From assembly GCA_047495785.1 (NCBI GenBank), contig JBLDXI010000007.1:496001-560000 (forward strand): a stretch of 64,000 bases of DNA, in the 5' to 3' direction. This DNA is from Lepidodermella squamata. Lineage: Eukaryota > Animalia > Gastrotricha. A model generated the notes under the pieces. That model ran no database searches. It was not told where the DNA came from and saw nothing but the letters and a program-made list of their open reading frames with translations. A program made the translations under genes and the position numbers. Positions 52,525-64,000 of the stretch are shown here, one piece after another. The number at the start of each line of letters is the position of its first letter. Within the stretch, counting starts at the first letter, position 1.

Positions 52525-54698
52525 CTAAACATGATGCAAATAATCGTTTTTTGATATATCAGGCTTCAGAAACATTGGTATTATAAAAAACATGAGAAAT
52601 GGAGTCAGGATAATAAGCACAAGGTAAAACGTTGCCACGGCACGGTCTGTAACTCGGACGACGAAAAACCATTTCGAGCCATTCGCTCCTCGCCTGTAGT
52701 TCGGGGCGCCATCCCGCTGTTGGCCGAATGATAAGTGGTTCGATTCGCGATTCGACTCGCCGCGGTTGCAATTACTGCACTGGCAATGCCCGAAATACGT
52801 GTGCCTTGGGCCTTTTATAGCCTTGTTACCTCCGTCTAAGAAGGAGATTGTCTCGCCAAGTGCGGATGTGTAGAATCTATTACGGCCGTAGTAGGCTGGT
52901 AGTTGATTCGGAACAATATCGCCATCATCATCCTCATCCACAGTTCCCCCTAATTTTCTCTAGAATAATGCGAAAAATGTCGGCTAAATTCCCGAAGCCT
53001 GAAAACTACCTTTTGCTCCATGGAAAATGCATGGTCCATAGAGGGCAAAAAATCATTCGCTGCGTTGCTTTCCTTCGGAATAGGAACTTTGACGAATGGC
53101 GCCAATACTTTGCATATTGAATATAAGAGTTTATACGGCGCCAATTTAGCGTGTTCAGCCCTGTCGAGGAGAAGAAACACGAAACCTTGGCCCATTAGGG
53201 CGAATCCTATAAAGCCCATTTGGAGGACGATATAAACCGACAAAAGTGGGGTGTGTTCTAAAAGTTCATAACTTAAATTTCGAAAATGAGAAAAATTTCA
53301 AGTAACCTGAGGTTGTAGGCATCTCTGGAATGATCATCAATTGAAAAACTGTATAGGCCAATAAACTCGTAAAAGATATGTGAATTTTTATGACCTGAAA
53401 TTAAAAAATTGAGGGGCATTGAATTCGAGAAAAATTTAACAAGCCTCATGCGATGGGAGCGCAAATGTAACCAACTCGACCACAGAAATAATAGTACTCG
53501 GTATGATAACGTTCCTTTAAGAAAAGCCATCAACACGATTTTCAAGGCGAAAATAGACTTACATCACGTAAAATTGAACCTTGCGTTTAAGGTGGAGAAC
53601 GAACGAAACGCCGTCGTAGACATGAGACGGGTTAGAATAGTGAACGTTATGAACAAACCCGTGCATATCTCTCAAGTACCACTGCTCATTTTCAGTCCAA
53701 TGAGCAATTGAAATAGGAGGATCTTCGAGATAAATTGCCATCATGGAATGGAGATACATCCAGCTTTGAAACCTCAAAACGCAAATCTGACAAGCAAAAT
53801 TTAAAATTACTTTAGTGAAAGTTTTATTACCTGCTCATCGAATGGAAAATACCTGGAGTAAAAAATCTTTGGCAATTACAAACATGCTAAATAAAGCTAA
53901 AATTACGTGAGATCGAATTCGCAAACTGCAGAAAATAGCCCTCCTGGTCGAAAATGAACGTAGCCATCGCTGTAAATTCGAACCCTTTCGCCAGGTGCTT
54001 CGAATAAATCGTATTTGCGAGGAGCATTCATCAGAGCAATGTCAGGCAGCCAAACATATTTCGCTGAAAAATTGTTGGGGTTACTAGGAACCAATTTATC
54101 GTCGATTTTATATCACAGACCAGGGACTATCAAAACGTTGATGCAAGAGGGATCGGCGCATTCACCAACCCCTGGAAGATGTCTCCAATTAAGAGCCTCG
54201 TCGTTCCAATTCTATATTTTAGGAATCAATAGGGGGAAAATTCGCTCCAATTTTAGAATGAAACTAACGACATAGAGATATCCGGAGAGTGTAATCTGGT
54301 GTTCCTTTTCGTGCTGAAAAAATCAATTTGATCGAAAATTCAATTTTTTCAAGGTGTTTACAATATCTTTAATTGCTTCTAAGCAAAGGCTTATGGTGAC
54401 GTTGACCGGGTCAGCGGCATTCCGCCTCGGGCGATGTCTCGATGAATAATTCGCGAAAAGCAGGTTTTCTAAACACGCTTCGTTAGCTGCAAAAAGGCCT
54501 TAAATCAATAAACAGGTAAAAATGAATGTTCGAAGCATGGATGCTTTTATTTTCAAGAGTTCAAACGAAACATTATTACCTACCTACTTTGCTGCTACAA
54601 TTCGTTTTCGCCAACAGAGCATTCATGTTATCAGCAGCAGCCACTGAGGAGTCAAACAGAGCGAGAAGGAGAAAGACATAGTGCAAAAACCCCATCAT
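52525..54698 (-). CDS. Divergent Cys-loop ligand-gated ion channel subunit (nAChR-like, non-alpha), multi-exon
   Basis: Signal peptide; NY...RP; W.D..L.W; VWLPDIAL.N; Cys-loop CEFDLT|YFPFDEQ|IC; LKRK..FYVMNVIIP; M2 KIHISFTSLLAYTVFQLMIIPEMPTTS; M4 after VTDR. Confidence 0.88.
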
Positions 54699-55191
54699 TT
54701 TCGTGGCATGGCTATAATAATGAGAACTCCTTCTACGCATAGCTGTCCCTGTTTTCAAGGCGAATGCAGGTTGAATCGAAGTGAACATATGTAAAATCGG
54801 CTGTCCTGTCTTCATTTACACCATATGCCCAAAAATCAATAGAAACGCGGCTTCGAGTGTTTAACTTTCAACCTGGTTTTTCGATGCTGGCTACAAGTGC
54901 TAACCAAATATTTAGGGACCCGAAATCACTTTGATTAATATTCACCATCTGAGGAACAAAATTTAAGAGGTACGTGAAAGACCCGGCTGAACCAGTTTAT
55001 TTTAATATCACGTTATGCAAAATTTGAGCCTTTTAGTTACGAAAAAAATGAGTTTTTCTGTAATAACTTCCATACAATTTGAAATTATAACACGCCTTGT
55101 ATAGTAAAAGTAGCAAATGAAAGAGGAGAAAGATCGCTAGAAATAGTTTAGTGTAAATTAAAAGCCGAGTCGAATTTTAATTTTCGTCCGC

Positions 55192-56770
55192 TTAAAACCC
55201 AGCTGGTTCTGTCGATGAGCTGAGATGTCGAACATTGCATGCCGACTGCTTCCTACGAGACCGCTTCTCAGGCACAACATCGTAATCAGGATCGTGAAAT
55301 ACGTGATCATGAGGCGATTCATTGTTCTGCTCGGTTGAATCTTCCTTCATCGGCTCGACATCTGCGATTCCGCATACAGAAAGCGCTCGTTTTAGCGTTT
55401 CCTTACGTCGAACAAGTTCAGAACGGCGCGCATGTAAAGCCGATAGCTTGCTTTGAAGGCTTGCGATTTCACTTTCAACCTCGCTAACTTCGCCGTCAAA
55501 AATGTGCATGGTTGAATGAAGCGCTGTCGCTATTGTTTGTAAAACCCCCGGATTTACGCATTCAAAATCGTTGCATCGCGACGGGGCCGGGGTCATACTC
55601 GTCAGTCCGTAGGCTGGCGAGTGAGGAGGCACTGAGAGATCAAGTGTTGAATCGTCGTACGAGTTGTGATGAGGCGAGTGTAGAACTCGGGACGGCGTAG
55701 CTGAGTTTGTTGACTCCCCTGAAGAAGCGGCACTGCTATTGCTTCGACCATCCATCGCAGCCGGGTGGGCGTTATTCGAAGGTATAACGCTATCGCGATG
55801 ATTCGATTCAGGATTAGGGCTGCATTTATTCATGTGAGACTTCATCGATTTCTAAAAATAAATAGTTTAGTATTCAATTTGAAATTTGGGCAATATTACA
55901 GTGCCATCTCGAGCGGTGTACTTGAGCAATTTACCGCAAGCTTGACATACGACGAATGGAGTAGGGTGATTGTCCAACAAAACTTTCCGAAACAGCTTCA
56001 AATAAGAGAAAAAAATCATTTTTCGGATTATTTCTATACAGGATATGACCGTTAACAAGTGAAAAGTGTGGTTTAGCGTACTTTCTGTCCTTTGACGAAG
56101 GACGATTTTTGGTTTCCAAGATTTTCTTACTCAGTTGTTCTTGAGGATTTTTTATTTTTAAATTTCAGATCTCTAGGAAGCTCCCATCCTCCTTAAAAGA
56201 CGAGGATCCCCAAAGAGTCGCTGGAAGTCCTATCTATTCAGGTTTCTATTCATGTGAGAAAACTAGCTCGATTCCACTATAATTTTTGAATATCCAGCAC
56301 AATTCCTCACCTCAGATTACCCTAAATATTTTCGAGTAAGCAGAAGAAAATAAAATCAGAATTTATTGCGTGATTGATTATTAACTGATGCAATAAAAAA
56401 AAATTAGGCGCATTTTTTCGAAATTAGCATTTTTACTGGTAAACTTAAAAATTAAGCCAAATTTTTCCGCAACCTTGATGACTATCGACCTATTTTTAAT
56501 ATCGTTCGACTCCTCGTTGGTTGAACTTGAAAACGACATCAAAATCTTAAGATGTCAAATATTTTGCCAAACCCCACTTTTCACTTGTTAATTGTCAACA
56601 TTATTTACCGTCCAAACAGGGGCGCGTCCAGCTAAGCAGACAGAGAAAACAACGCGATCTGAGTTACTTTCAATTAACGATGACAGAAGAGCTCTTTCAG
56701 CTTCCAGTTGAGCCGCGGTGGCTTTTCTCGCGTCAGCTGTGCCATTACTGGACTCAGATGCTGACAACAT
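55192..56770 (-). CDS. BED zinc-finger protein with coiled coil, 3 exons
   Basis: Spliced APVWT|LF...VVCQACGKLLKY..RDGT|KSMKSHMNKC; TLDLS motif; heptad region; KRSRRK. Confidence 0.75.
56056..56587. mobile_element. MITE with ~25 bp TIRs and TTAA TSD in intron 1 of the BED gene
   Basis: ttaa|caagtgaaaagtgtggtttagc ... gccaaaccccacttttcacttg|ttaa. Confidence 0.85.
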
Positions 56771-56902
56771 ATCACGCCTAATTAAAACTCGGTCAATTAA
56801 AATCAATTGTTTTTTCTTCAAACAAGTCATAGGTATCAATTTGTGAGAAATTTTAAAACACCTAAGAATCAGCAGTCAAATTCATTGTCTCAAACATATC
56901 GT

Positions 56903-59482
56903 TTATTCAGCGTTGATTGTTCCATATTGGCGGTTCCAGGCTTCGAGTTCGACCAAATCTTTGGGAGCGACGGACGGGCGGATTGTTTGAAAGGCAGAAA
57001 TGAAATCGTGGAGAGAAACCGGGCGAATCTGTTCGTTTTTAACATCTTGCATATGTGCCTGAAGAGTTTTGAAATCATCTCTGACCTCTGATAAATTCGC
57101 ATTTGCAATGTCGACAATTGTTCGTAGCGGGCCAAGCGCAGCTTCCCGGCACAAGTGCGACATGTCACTGCCTGAATAGCCCTCAGCTCTTCGGCCGATT
57201 TCAAGGTAGTCGTCATCAGTCAAACCGCACTGGCCGTTGTCAAGCTTATTCATCAGCCGGCGGATGATTTGAACACGGGCGTCGATGGTTGGCAGGGCGA
57301 CGTAGAGCCGCTTGCCGAAACGCCGGCGAGCCGCGTCGTCGAGTTCGCTCGGCAGATTCGTGGCACCTATCATTAGAATTCGATCGTCCTCGCCGCACGT
57401 GACGCCGTCGAGTTGAACCAAAAATTCGGTTTTGATACGACGCGAACACTCCTGGTCGTCCTGGCCTCGCTTGCACAGCATCGAGTCGATTTCATCGATG
57501 AAAATAACCGCAGGCTGGCGGGTGCGAGCTACGGCAAACAATGTTCGCACCATTTTTTCCGCTTCGCCAAACTGAAATGAAATTGATTGCACTTCAAAAA
57601 TAACTTACGACTTTATATTTACCCATTTTGACATCAGAGAAGAAGCACTAATCGAGAAAAATGTGGCATTGCACTGACTCGCGATACATTTACCTGGGAC
57701 ATTTATTCGCTTGAAACTGAAGTTAGTTACTAATAAATTCATTGTCACCTATCATTGTTTTCCCTGTTCCTGGTGGCCCAAAAAGAAGAAGCCCTTTCGG
57801 TGGGCCTCGTATGCCCTTGAACAAGTCCCTATGATGACAAAATAAATTACTGAGGGAAGCTAAAAATGAAAATTTATTACGGTCTCAGCATGGGCCAAAC
57901 GATTACTTCCATGATGTTCTTCTTGACCACTTCCAACCCAGCGACATCTTCCCACTCAATTTTCGGCCCATAATCAACGATTTCACTCAAAATCAGCTCG
58001 ATCATAGCTGGGTCCAGGTTTTTCAAACGCTCGTCCTGAATCGGTTGTGGCGAATCGGCATTCAACGCGGTTTTTATGAAATTTCTGAAACATAAGCGAT
58101 ATCATGAGAATCAAGTTGAAAAAATATTCAAACTCTCTAATTGCGCCGTCCACGGAATGATGCTGCTTGCCTGATTGTTGATGCTGAGGCTGTTGTTGTT
58201 GTTGTTGTTGTTGCTCGTTTTCATTCTTTTTGTTCAATAGTGGTGACACAAACTTGGAAGCTGGGCGGAAACCTGGTCTGAAATACAGGTTAAAATCGCA
58301 CACGTTAAGACTTAATTCTAGGAATACCGATTTCCTAGTTGGCGATTTTGAGTGTTTTGTTGTGATTGAGGTGGAGCCATAGCAGCAGGGCGATTCTGTG
58401 TCGGTTCGTAAGTGGAAGCAGGTGATTCACGAGCAGCAAAGTTTTCCTTGGGTTGGCCGTCATCTCGAATCTTCGGGGTGTTATATCGCTTCTCAGCTTC
58501 CTGAAATAAACCCAATATCCAATATATCTGACTGATAAATCAAGGCAGCAATATGAGCTCACTCGTTTTTTAGCAGCATCATATTGTTTGCGCCACTGTT
58601 TCTTCGCTCGGATCTTCGGATCAGGCTCGTATTCATCGTCGTCGTCTTCCTCGGCAACATCACGCGAGTCAGACGCAGTTGAAGTTGGTGGTGGTAAAGC
58701 TGGAAGCAGAAGGAGACACATGCTCTTTCGACTACGCAATTCGTGATTTAAACTTACCAACCGGGGCCCGCATGCCTCCTAGACGCTTGACACCAGCAAC
58801 CTGTGGCAAGTTAGCAACTGAGCTAGTCGAGTTATTAGAGTAAGTGGCTGTGGCGCCAGAAAAGTTCGAGGCAGCAGGTAAGAACGAAGGAAGTAAGCTG
58901 GGCTGAAAACATAAAACAACAAAATCCCTTCCTGTAAATGCCTCAATATAGAAAGGACATACCATCTCAATTTCTGGAGGATTCGCATCGGAAAATAGCT
59001 TGAAGAAGTCCACCTTTTTACCGCCGCTGACTGTCAAATTAGGCGTTGAATCCTGCGTTGTCAGATATTAGTCAATCACAAGCTCAACTTATTTGCGATA
59101 ATACCTTCGAGGAATACAACGAAGAGTTCAAGATGGCGTCGAATTCCCGGAATTTTTCGTCCGGAATGCCGATATCTTTATCGTCATCTGAAGCCGACGG
59201 CAGGCTGCAACCTAACACACTCATAATAGGATTATTATTTATGAATTATGATCAGTACCGTCCATGGCGCTCAAGTGATTCAATAATTGCAGGGTGACAG
59301 GGGCAACGGTGTCTTGACTGAGCAGTTCAAATTTTAATAGAGTACATCGGATAGGATTAAACTGACTTTTTAAGGTTATCCGAGACAGACAATAGCTTGG
59401 CGAGAAGTTTTACATTTTCCTGTCGACTGGTGTTGCTGCTAATACCAGCAAGAGCGCAAAAGGCATCTCCAATATGATTCAT
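56903..59482 (-). CDS. FIGNL1: Fidgetin-like 1 AAA+ ATPase, multi-exon
   Basis: [30 protein letters not shown]|[45 protein letters not shown]-terminal WNRQYG; poly-Q tract at 58183-58215. The 5' start is approximate. Confidence 0.88.
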
Positions 59483-61039
59483 CTGTAAAGAACTACTGTC
59501 AAAAAACTGGTTGTAGATTGCGCGAAAAAATCCGGTCGACCGTAAATCAAAAAGATCATTCATCACGGTGATTCTGAGGTGCATAGTATCAAACTTTACA
59601 AGTTGCTTTCAGATCTCGCAAGGATATGTAAAAATTTTACGCTGCAAACTGCAAACATGGTATATTTTTGGAACAGAGGCCGGAAATGTTTGCGCGGTTT
59701 ACATTACGCCTCAACCAATTCATTCGTAACAGAAATCAACAAGTTTACACGTAAACCGAAATAAAAAATTAGCATTAGCATGAATATCAACTTAATTGTA
59801 TTCGAAGTAAAAGTTCGGAGCACAGCTTAAAACTTTCAACGCCTTTGAAATTTTGGACTTGGGATATCAGGCTTCGATAGATTTTTCAGCCGAGTTGCGC
59901 GAACTTAACAAGACAGCAGACTTTCTGTCAACGGCAGCGTATTAACATCGTTTTTTCAAGTATCATGAAGAAGGAAGTTCTGCCATACATAATATTACGT
60001 GATCAAGTCTTGATTGATAAGTTCTGCAACACAGAACACACAAAGGCTATCGCTACACCGAAGGTCGAAGGCCGCTGACGCGAAGAAAATCAGCTGACAA
60101 GCCCATTCCAAGCTTGCAAATATCCCGCCACTTTTCAAACATTTTTCAACTCATTATAATTTTACAAATTTTGAATAAACTTTCAGAAGTTGAATTACAT
60201 ATTTAGAATCTTTTGCATTTGACAACGAAATGTTTTTTGGCAGAAAATCAAAAAACGAGCAGGCAAAACCACCAAATGCCAACATAGCGCGCGACGCAGA
60301 CGTCACTTGTGAGAACATTTATCTTGTAGTGCGAATTGCCTACATGGCTTTGGGCTGTTATATAGATGGCTAAATCTTTGTCGCGTGCTCTCACTCTCTA
60401 ATGCTTTCTAGTAGTTTCAGTTCTTAATTTTCTTTTGTTAAATGCCCCCATACCTCCTGATTTTTTCTTGCGATGATACCCCATCTTAAATGGTTGATCG
60501 TTGTGTTTGATTGTATAGAATTTCTCATCATTGCTGGCTAACTAACTGCAGGTTATTTATTATTTTCATTCTTACCTGTTTTTCTCGGTTTATATGTTTA
60601 TACACTGAAGCTCTTCGATTGTTGAATGTTTAATGCGCATTCTGAATAATTGAAGGATTTCATAAAATGCTGAACTTTTGTCAATCTTCTCATCTTATAT
60701 CCTATATCTGGCATGGGATGATGACATCGTGTCGAAGGGAAAAAGGGAATATTCTTACACTAGAGCATGGTGGCATTGACGCCATATAGAGATAGAACCT
60801 CAACACGCTTTTAATATTGTTCTCGAATAGCGCATGAAGTATAGAGCGATACGCGATACGCGATGCGTATTGGCGTTCAAGCAAATGTAAATGTTGAATG
60901 TTGACCTATAACGTTCGACGCCTACCCATCATAAGTTAGCATTAACTGCATTAATTAATTCTGTACGTACCATTCCTAGATTATATGTATTTTTTTCTAA
61001 CAATTTGCTGATATTCGCGACTATTTTAAACTGCCAAAG

Positions 61040-61479
61040 ATGTCTTCCGTCACAAAGCAAAGCGCGCCTGTCACAATTATTCCATATTCCGCAAATCTGG
61101 GGCTACCGCTCGACTTTTCTACGACACCTGGTGGTACTCTCTACTCAACTACTCCGGGAGGTATGAAGTGAACATCAATTTCAAATATGATGTTGATCAA
61201 ATTAAATTCCAGGAACGCGCATCATGTACGATCGGCAATTCTTGTTGCGCTGCAAGGATTCACCCTATTCAAAGTCGTCGCCCAATGACCTCAAGTTACC
61301 TCGTGAAATCAATGCAGGTAAAGCTGAGAATCTACCATCTAATCATGTCGCCGACTTCTCGAAAGATCCTGTCATTGTAAACGGCGTTAAAGGTAGATTT
61401 CCTCTTAATTGTGACACAGTATTCCTGACCGTTTTTTTCACTTTCAGATATCAGTGATGAACCATTCGCGATGGACTAA
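61040..61479 (+). CDS. 4E-BP: eIF4E-binding protein, 3 exons
   Basis: DFSTTPGGTLYSTTPG|GTRIMYDRQFLL (YxxxxL-phi), SP sites, C-terminal FAMD*. Confidence 0.93.
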
Positions 61480-62404
61480 TCAATGGTTTAAAACCATGCT
61501 CTCTATTGACTGAGAAAAAGCTTTTTGTGGATGAAAAACTGATTTTTAAAAATTGAGGCCGTTTATCAGGACAGTTAATGATTCTTATACCTCTTATATA
61601 TTCTCACTCTCCCCTTCAAAATAATTGCTTTTACAAATTTGTGCAACCGCAATTTGTATCCTGAGCATACATTTCGGCGTTGTACTTCGTGCTCAATCGC
61701 ATCGTCCTTATGTTCAGGAGCATTACAAAGCTAAGCATCTAAATGCCATCTCCACTTTGTACCATTTTGGGTTGCACAACATTCTTGGTAAGGCGTACTA
61801 ATGTGCGTTTAATAGTTTGAATGTATGCAATCTCTATGTTAAATGAAGCTGTAAGATTTCCGAAACATGTATTTGAATAGATGCGGCACTTGCTCGAAAA
61901 TGTGTGCTTTGCTATCACATTCAAATTAACATCTTTGCGTCAATATTCAGGCTGGAAATGGTCTCCGGTGAACCGGACAAGTTACACATCGTTAAATCAG
62001 TCTCGCTGATCGATTCATCTAGCGGTTTTATATACCATAGCTCTGATTTGATGATGAGGGCTTGTTGATACAATATTTTCTATGCCTATAAAATTGCTAG
62101 CTGTAAGATTACAATATGCTGGTGTTTCTAATCGTATTTCCTGTGTTTCGCCCCTAATTCGATCATGTGACATTTTCGACGATGGGGATGCACTCCTTGA
62201 GATGAAAAGTAAAGAGGTTACGGATTTTTTATCTGATGTGACTTTTTGAACTTTATTTTTGCAAACAAATCAACTACAATCGAAACAACCAATAATCCAG
62301 CAAAAGATGAAACGAATCGTTATTACAAGCAGTAGTTTTTCACAGGAGAAATGACATCAATTCTCAACAATAAAATAATAATTTGAGGGTTTGTCGAACT
62401 GAGA

Positions 62405-63673
62405 TCAGCCATCGAGATTCTTCTGAAGATTGGTTCCGCTTAGCCAACGAGCGCGGATGTTACGGCATTTTAGCGCCAGGTGATCGTCACCGAACTCTTG
62501 GAAACACAGATTGTCCAAAGTAGCTATCAGTGGGCTATCTTTGGCAGCAAGCTGTAAAACAAATTGACGTTTTTACTCATTTTTTTCATTCATTTTCATC
62601 GACTCTTCACCTCAGCCAACCAATCCTGGAACGTGTTGTTTTCCCAACCGCCGGTTTCATGCTTTTTCGCGTGAAGATAGGCGTTGAACATCATCAACAA
62701 CACATAGCGTTCCAAGTAGTCGACGCTCTGCTTGTAAACTGACTCGACAGTCTGGCCACCTGCAGCGGCATTAGCTTCCTCATGGAGCGTGAACTGAAGA
62801 AATAAAAACGTTGCTTATCACATATCTAGGTACCCATGTGCGTCAAGTTCGAAAAAAATTACTAGACACACGAAGAGTGCGTAGTACATGGAAAGCAAAC
62901 ATTTCCCAAGTTTTACATCACACGAGTGCAAAGATCGTAAATTTATGAATAATTCAACGTCTTGGCGTCTTCCCATAGCGAGAACATTTAACCACAAAAA
63001 ACCCTACCCTCTCATTTCAACGCAGGTATGATTCACTCAGCTCATATCATTGTATTAAACACGCCATGTCTAATTCTTATCGCCGTAAATATGTGCTTTG
63101 ACCAGCCAATTTTTTTTCATTCACCACCAGCAATGTAATAATATTGACGGCTATACAAACAGCCGCTCTGCTCTCATCTGTTGCGCGTTTCATAACAATG
63201 TATTAAAGGGTTAATAATAAAATGCAGGAACCTGCAGGCAGCTGAACGGCGATAAAAAACACAGCCAGGCAGGCATATGCTTGTTTTGATGAATTTCAAA
63301 GTCTGTGCAACACGTTTTCCGCCCCTTGATAACGCTACCACAACATGCAGACTAATACTAATTCATAGGTAGTGAACTTGGCACAGGTCGTGACTCGGAT
63401 GTAATAATTACAAACAAAAAATTTGGCGCGACGTTACATTAAGCTTACCACTTTACTGAATGTAGCGAAAATGATTTCGCGCAAATGGTAGAACGTTGAA
63501 GTCATGCGATCCCAACACGCGTCGAGCACGGCGTCGACCTCGCGTTTCACCTGGTTACCCCGCGGCACCTGCTCGATCAGGCCACGCACGGCCTGAAAAT
63601 TACCCTGCGTATATTGAACGTTTTTGATTGAAACACGTTCCTCCTCGCCGACGTGACATCCAAATGGGAAGCC
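62405..63673 (-). CDS. PALD1: Paladin, last three exons (5' part lies beyond the window or was not resolved)
   Basis: GNFQAVRGLIEQVPRGNQVKREVDAVLD...FYHLREIIFATF and SVDYLERYVLLMMFNAYLH...FQDW match the paladin C-terminal motifs. Confidence 0.85.
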
Positions 63674-64000
63674 CTAATAAAAAAAATATTGCATTAATTA
63701 AAATAAATCGAAAAAATTTGATCTCATTCTCGCAGCATTTTTTGAGGTCAAATAATTAATATATTAATCCATTTTTCATGTTCATGGTACGCAATATGCT
63801 ATGCAGTCATTAAGTCGTAAATATCATTATTATTTTACGGACACGTGTTGCGCGTGTATTATTTTTTTTTACGATGCTCCATTAGGCAACGTCAAAGGCC
63901 GCTGTTCATCTGGCCTCATCTGACTATCAGGTAGGTAGCTGCGCTAGTGGGCTGACCAGACGCCCGTGTTTACAAAAGGCTTGTTTCTGAAATGGCCACC

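Overview
This is eukaryotic animal (invertebrate) genomic DNA from a compact genome. Most introns are GT-AG and about 40-60 nt, so most supplied ORFs are exon fragments or antisense shadows. Manual splicing gives about 20 genes: alpha-amylase with an extra C-terminal domain, CFAP299, GPANK1, PDRG1, two paralogous cbEGF-repeat membrane proteins, a 4-TM protein, a possible prepropeptide, an ABCA transporter, class A and class C GPCRs, a GH18 chitinase, a GFPGG-repeat secreted protein, a CUB/LDLa trypsin protease plus a broken duplicate, a CD225-like protein, an ankyrin protein, a Cys-loop receptor, a BED-finger protein, FIGNL1, 4E-BP and the 3' end of paladin. The best finding is a fungal subgroup-C (killer-toxin-like) GH18 chitinase with seven hevein domains and host-style introns sitting among animal genes, a candidate domesticated horizontal transfer. 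Also notable are a decayed element with both OTU-like and USP-like protease remnants, a transposon-like insertion that could splice out of a GPCR as an exact intron, a 36-45 kb rearrangement hotspot, several MITE families and operon-like gene spacing. All family calls come from motif recognition by eye; no searches were run.
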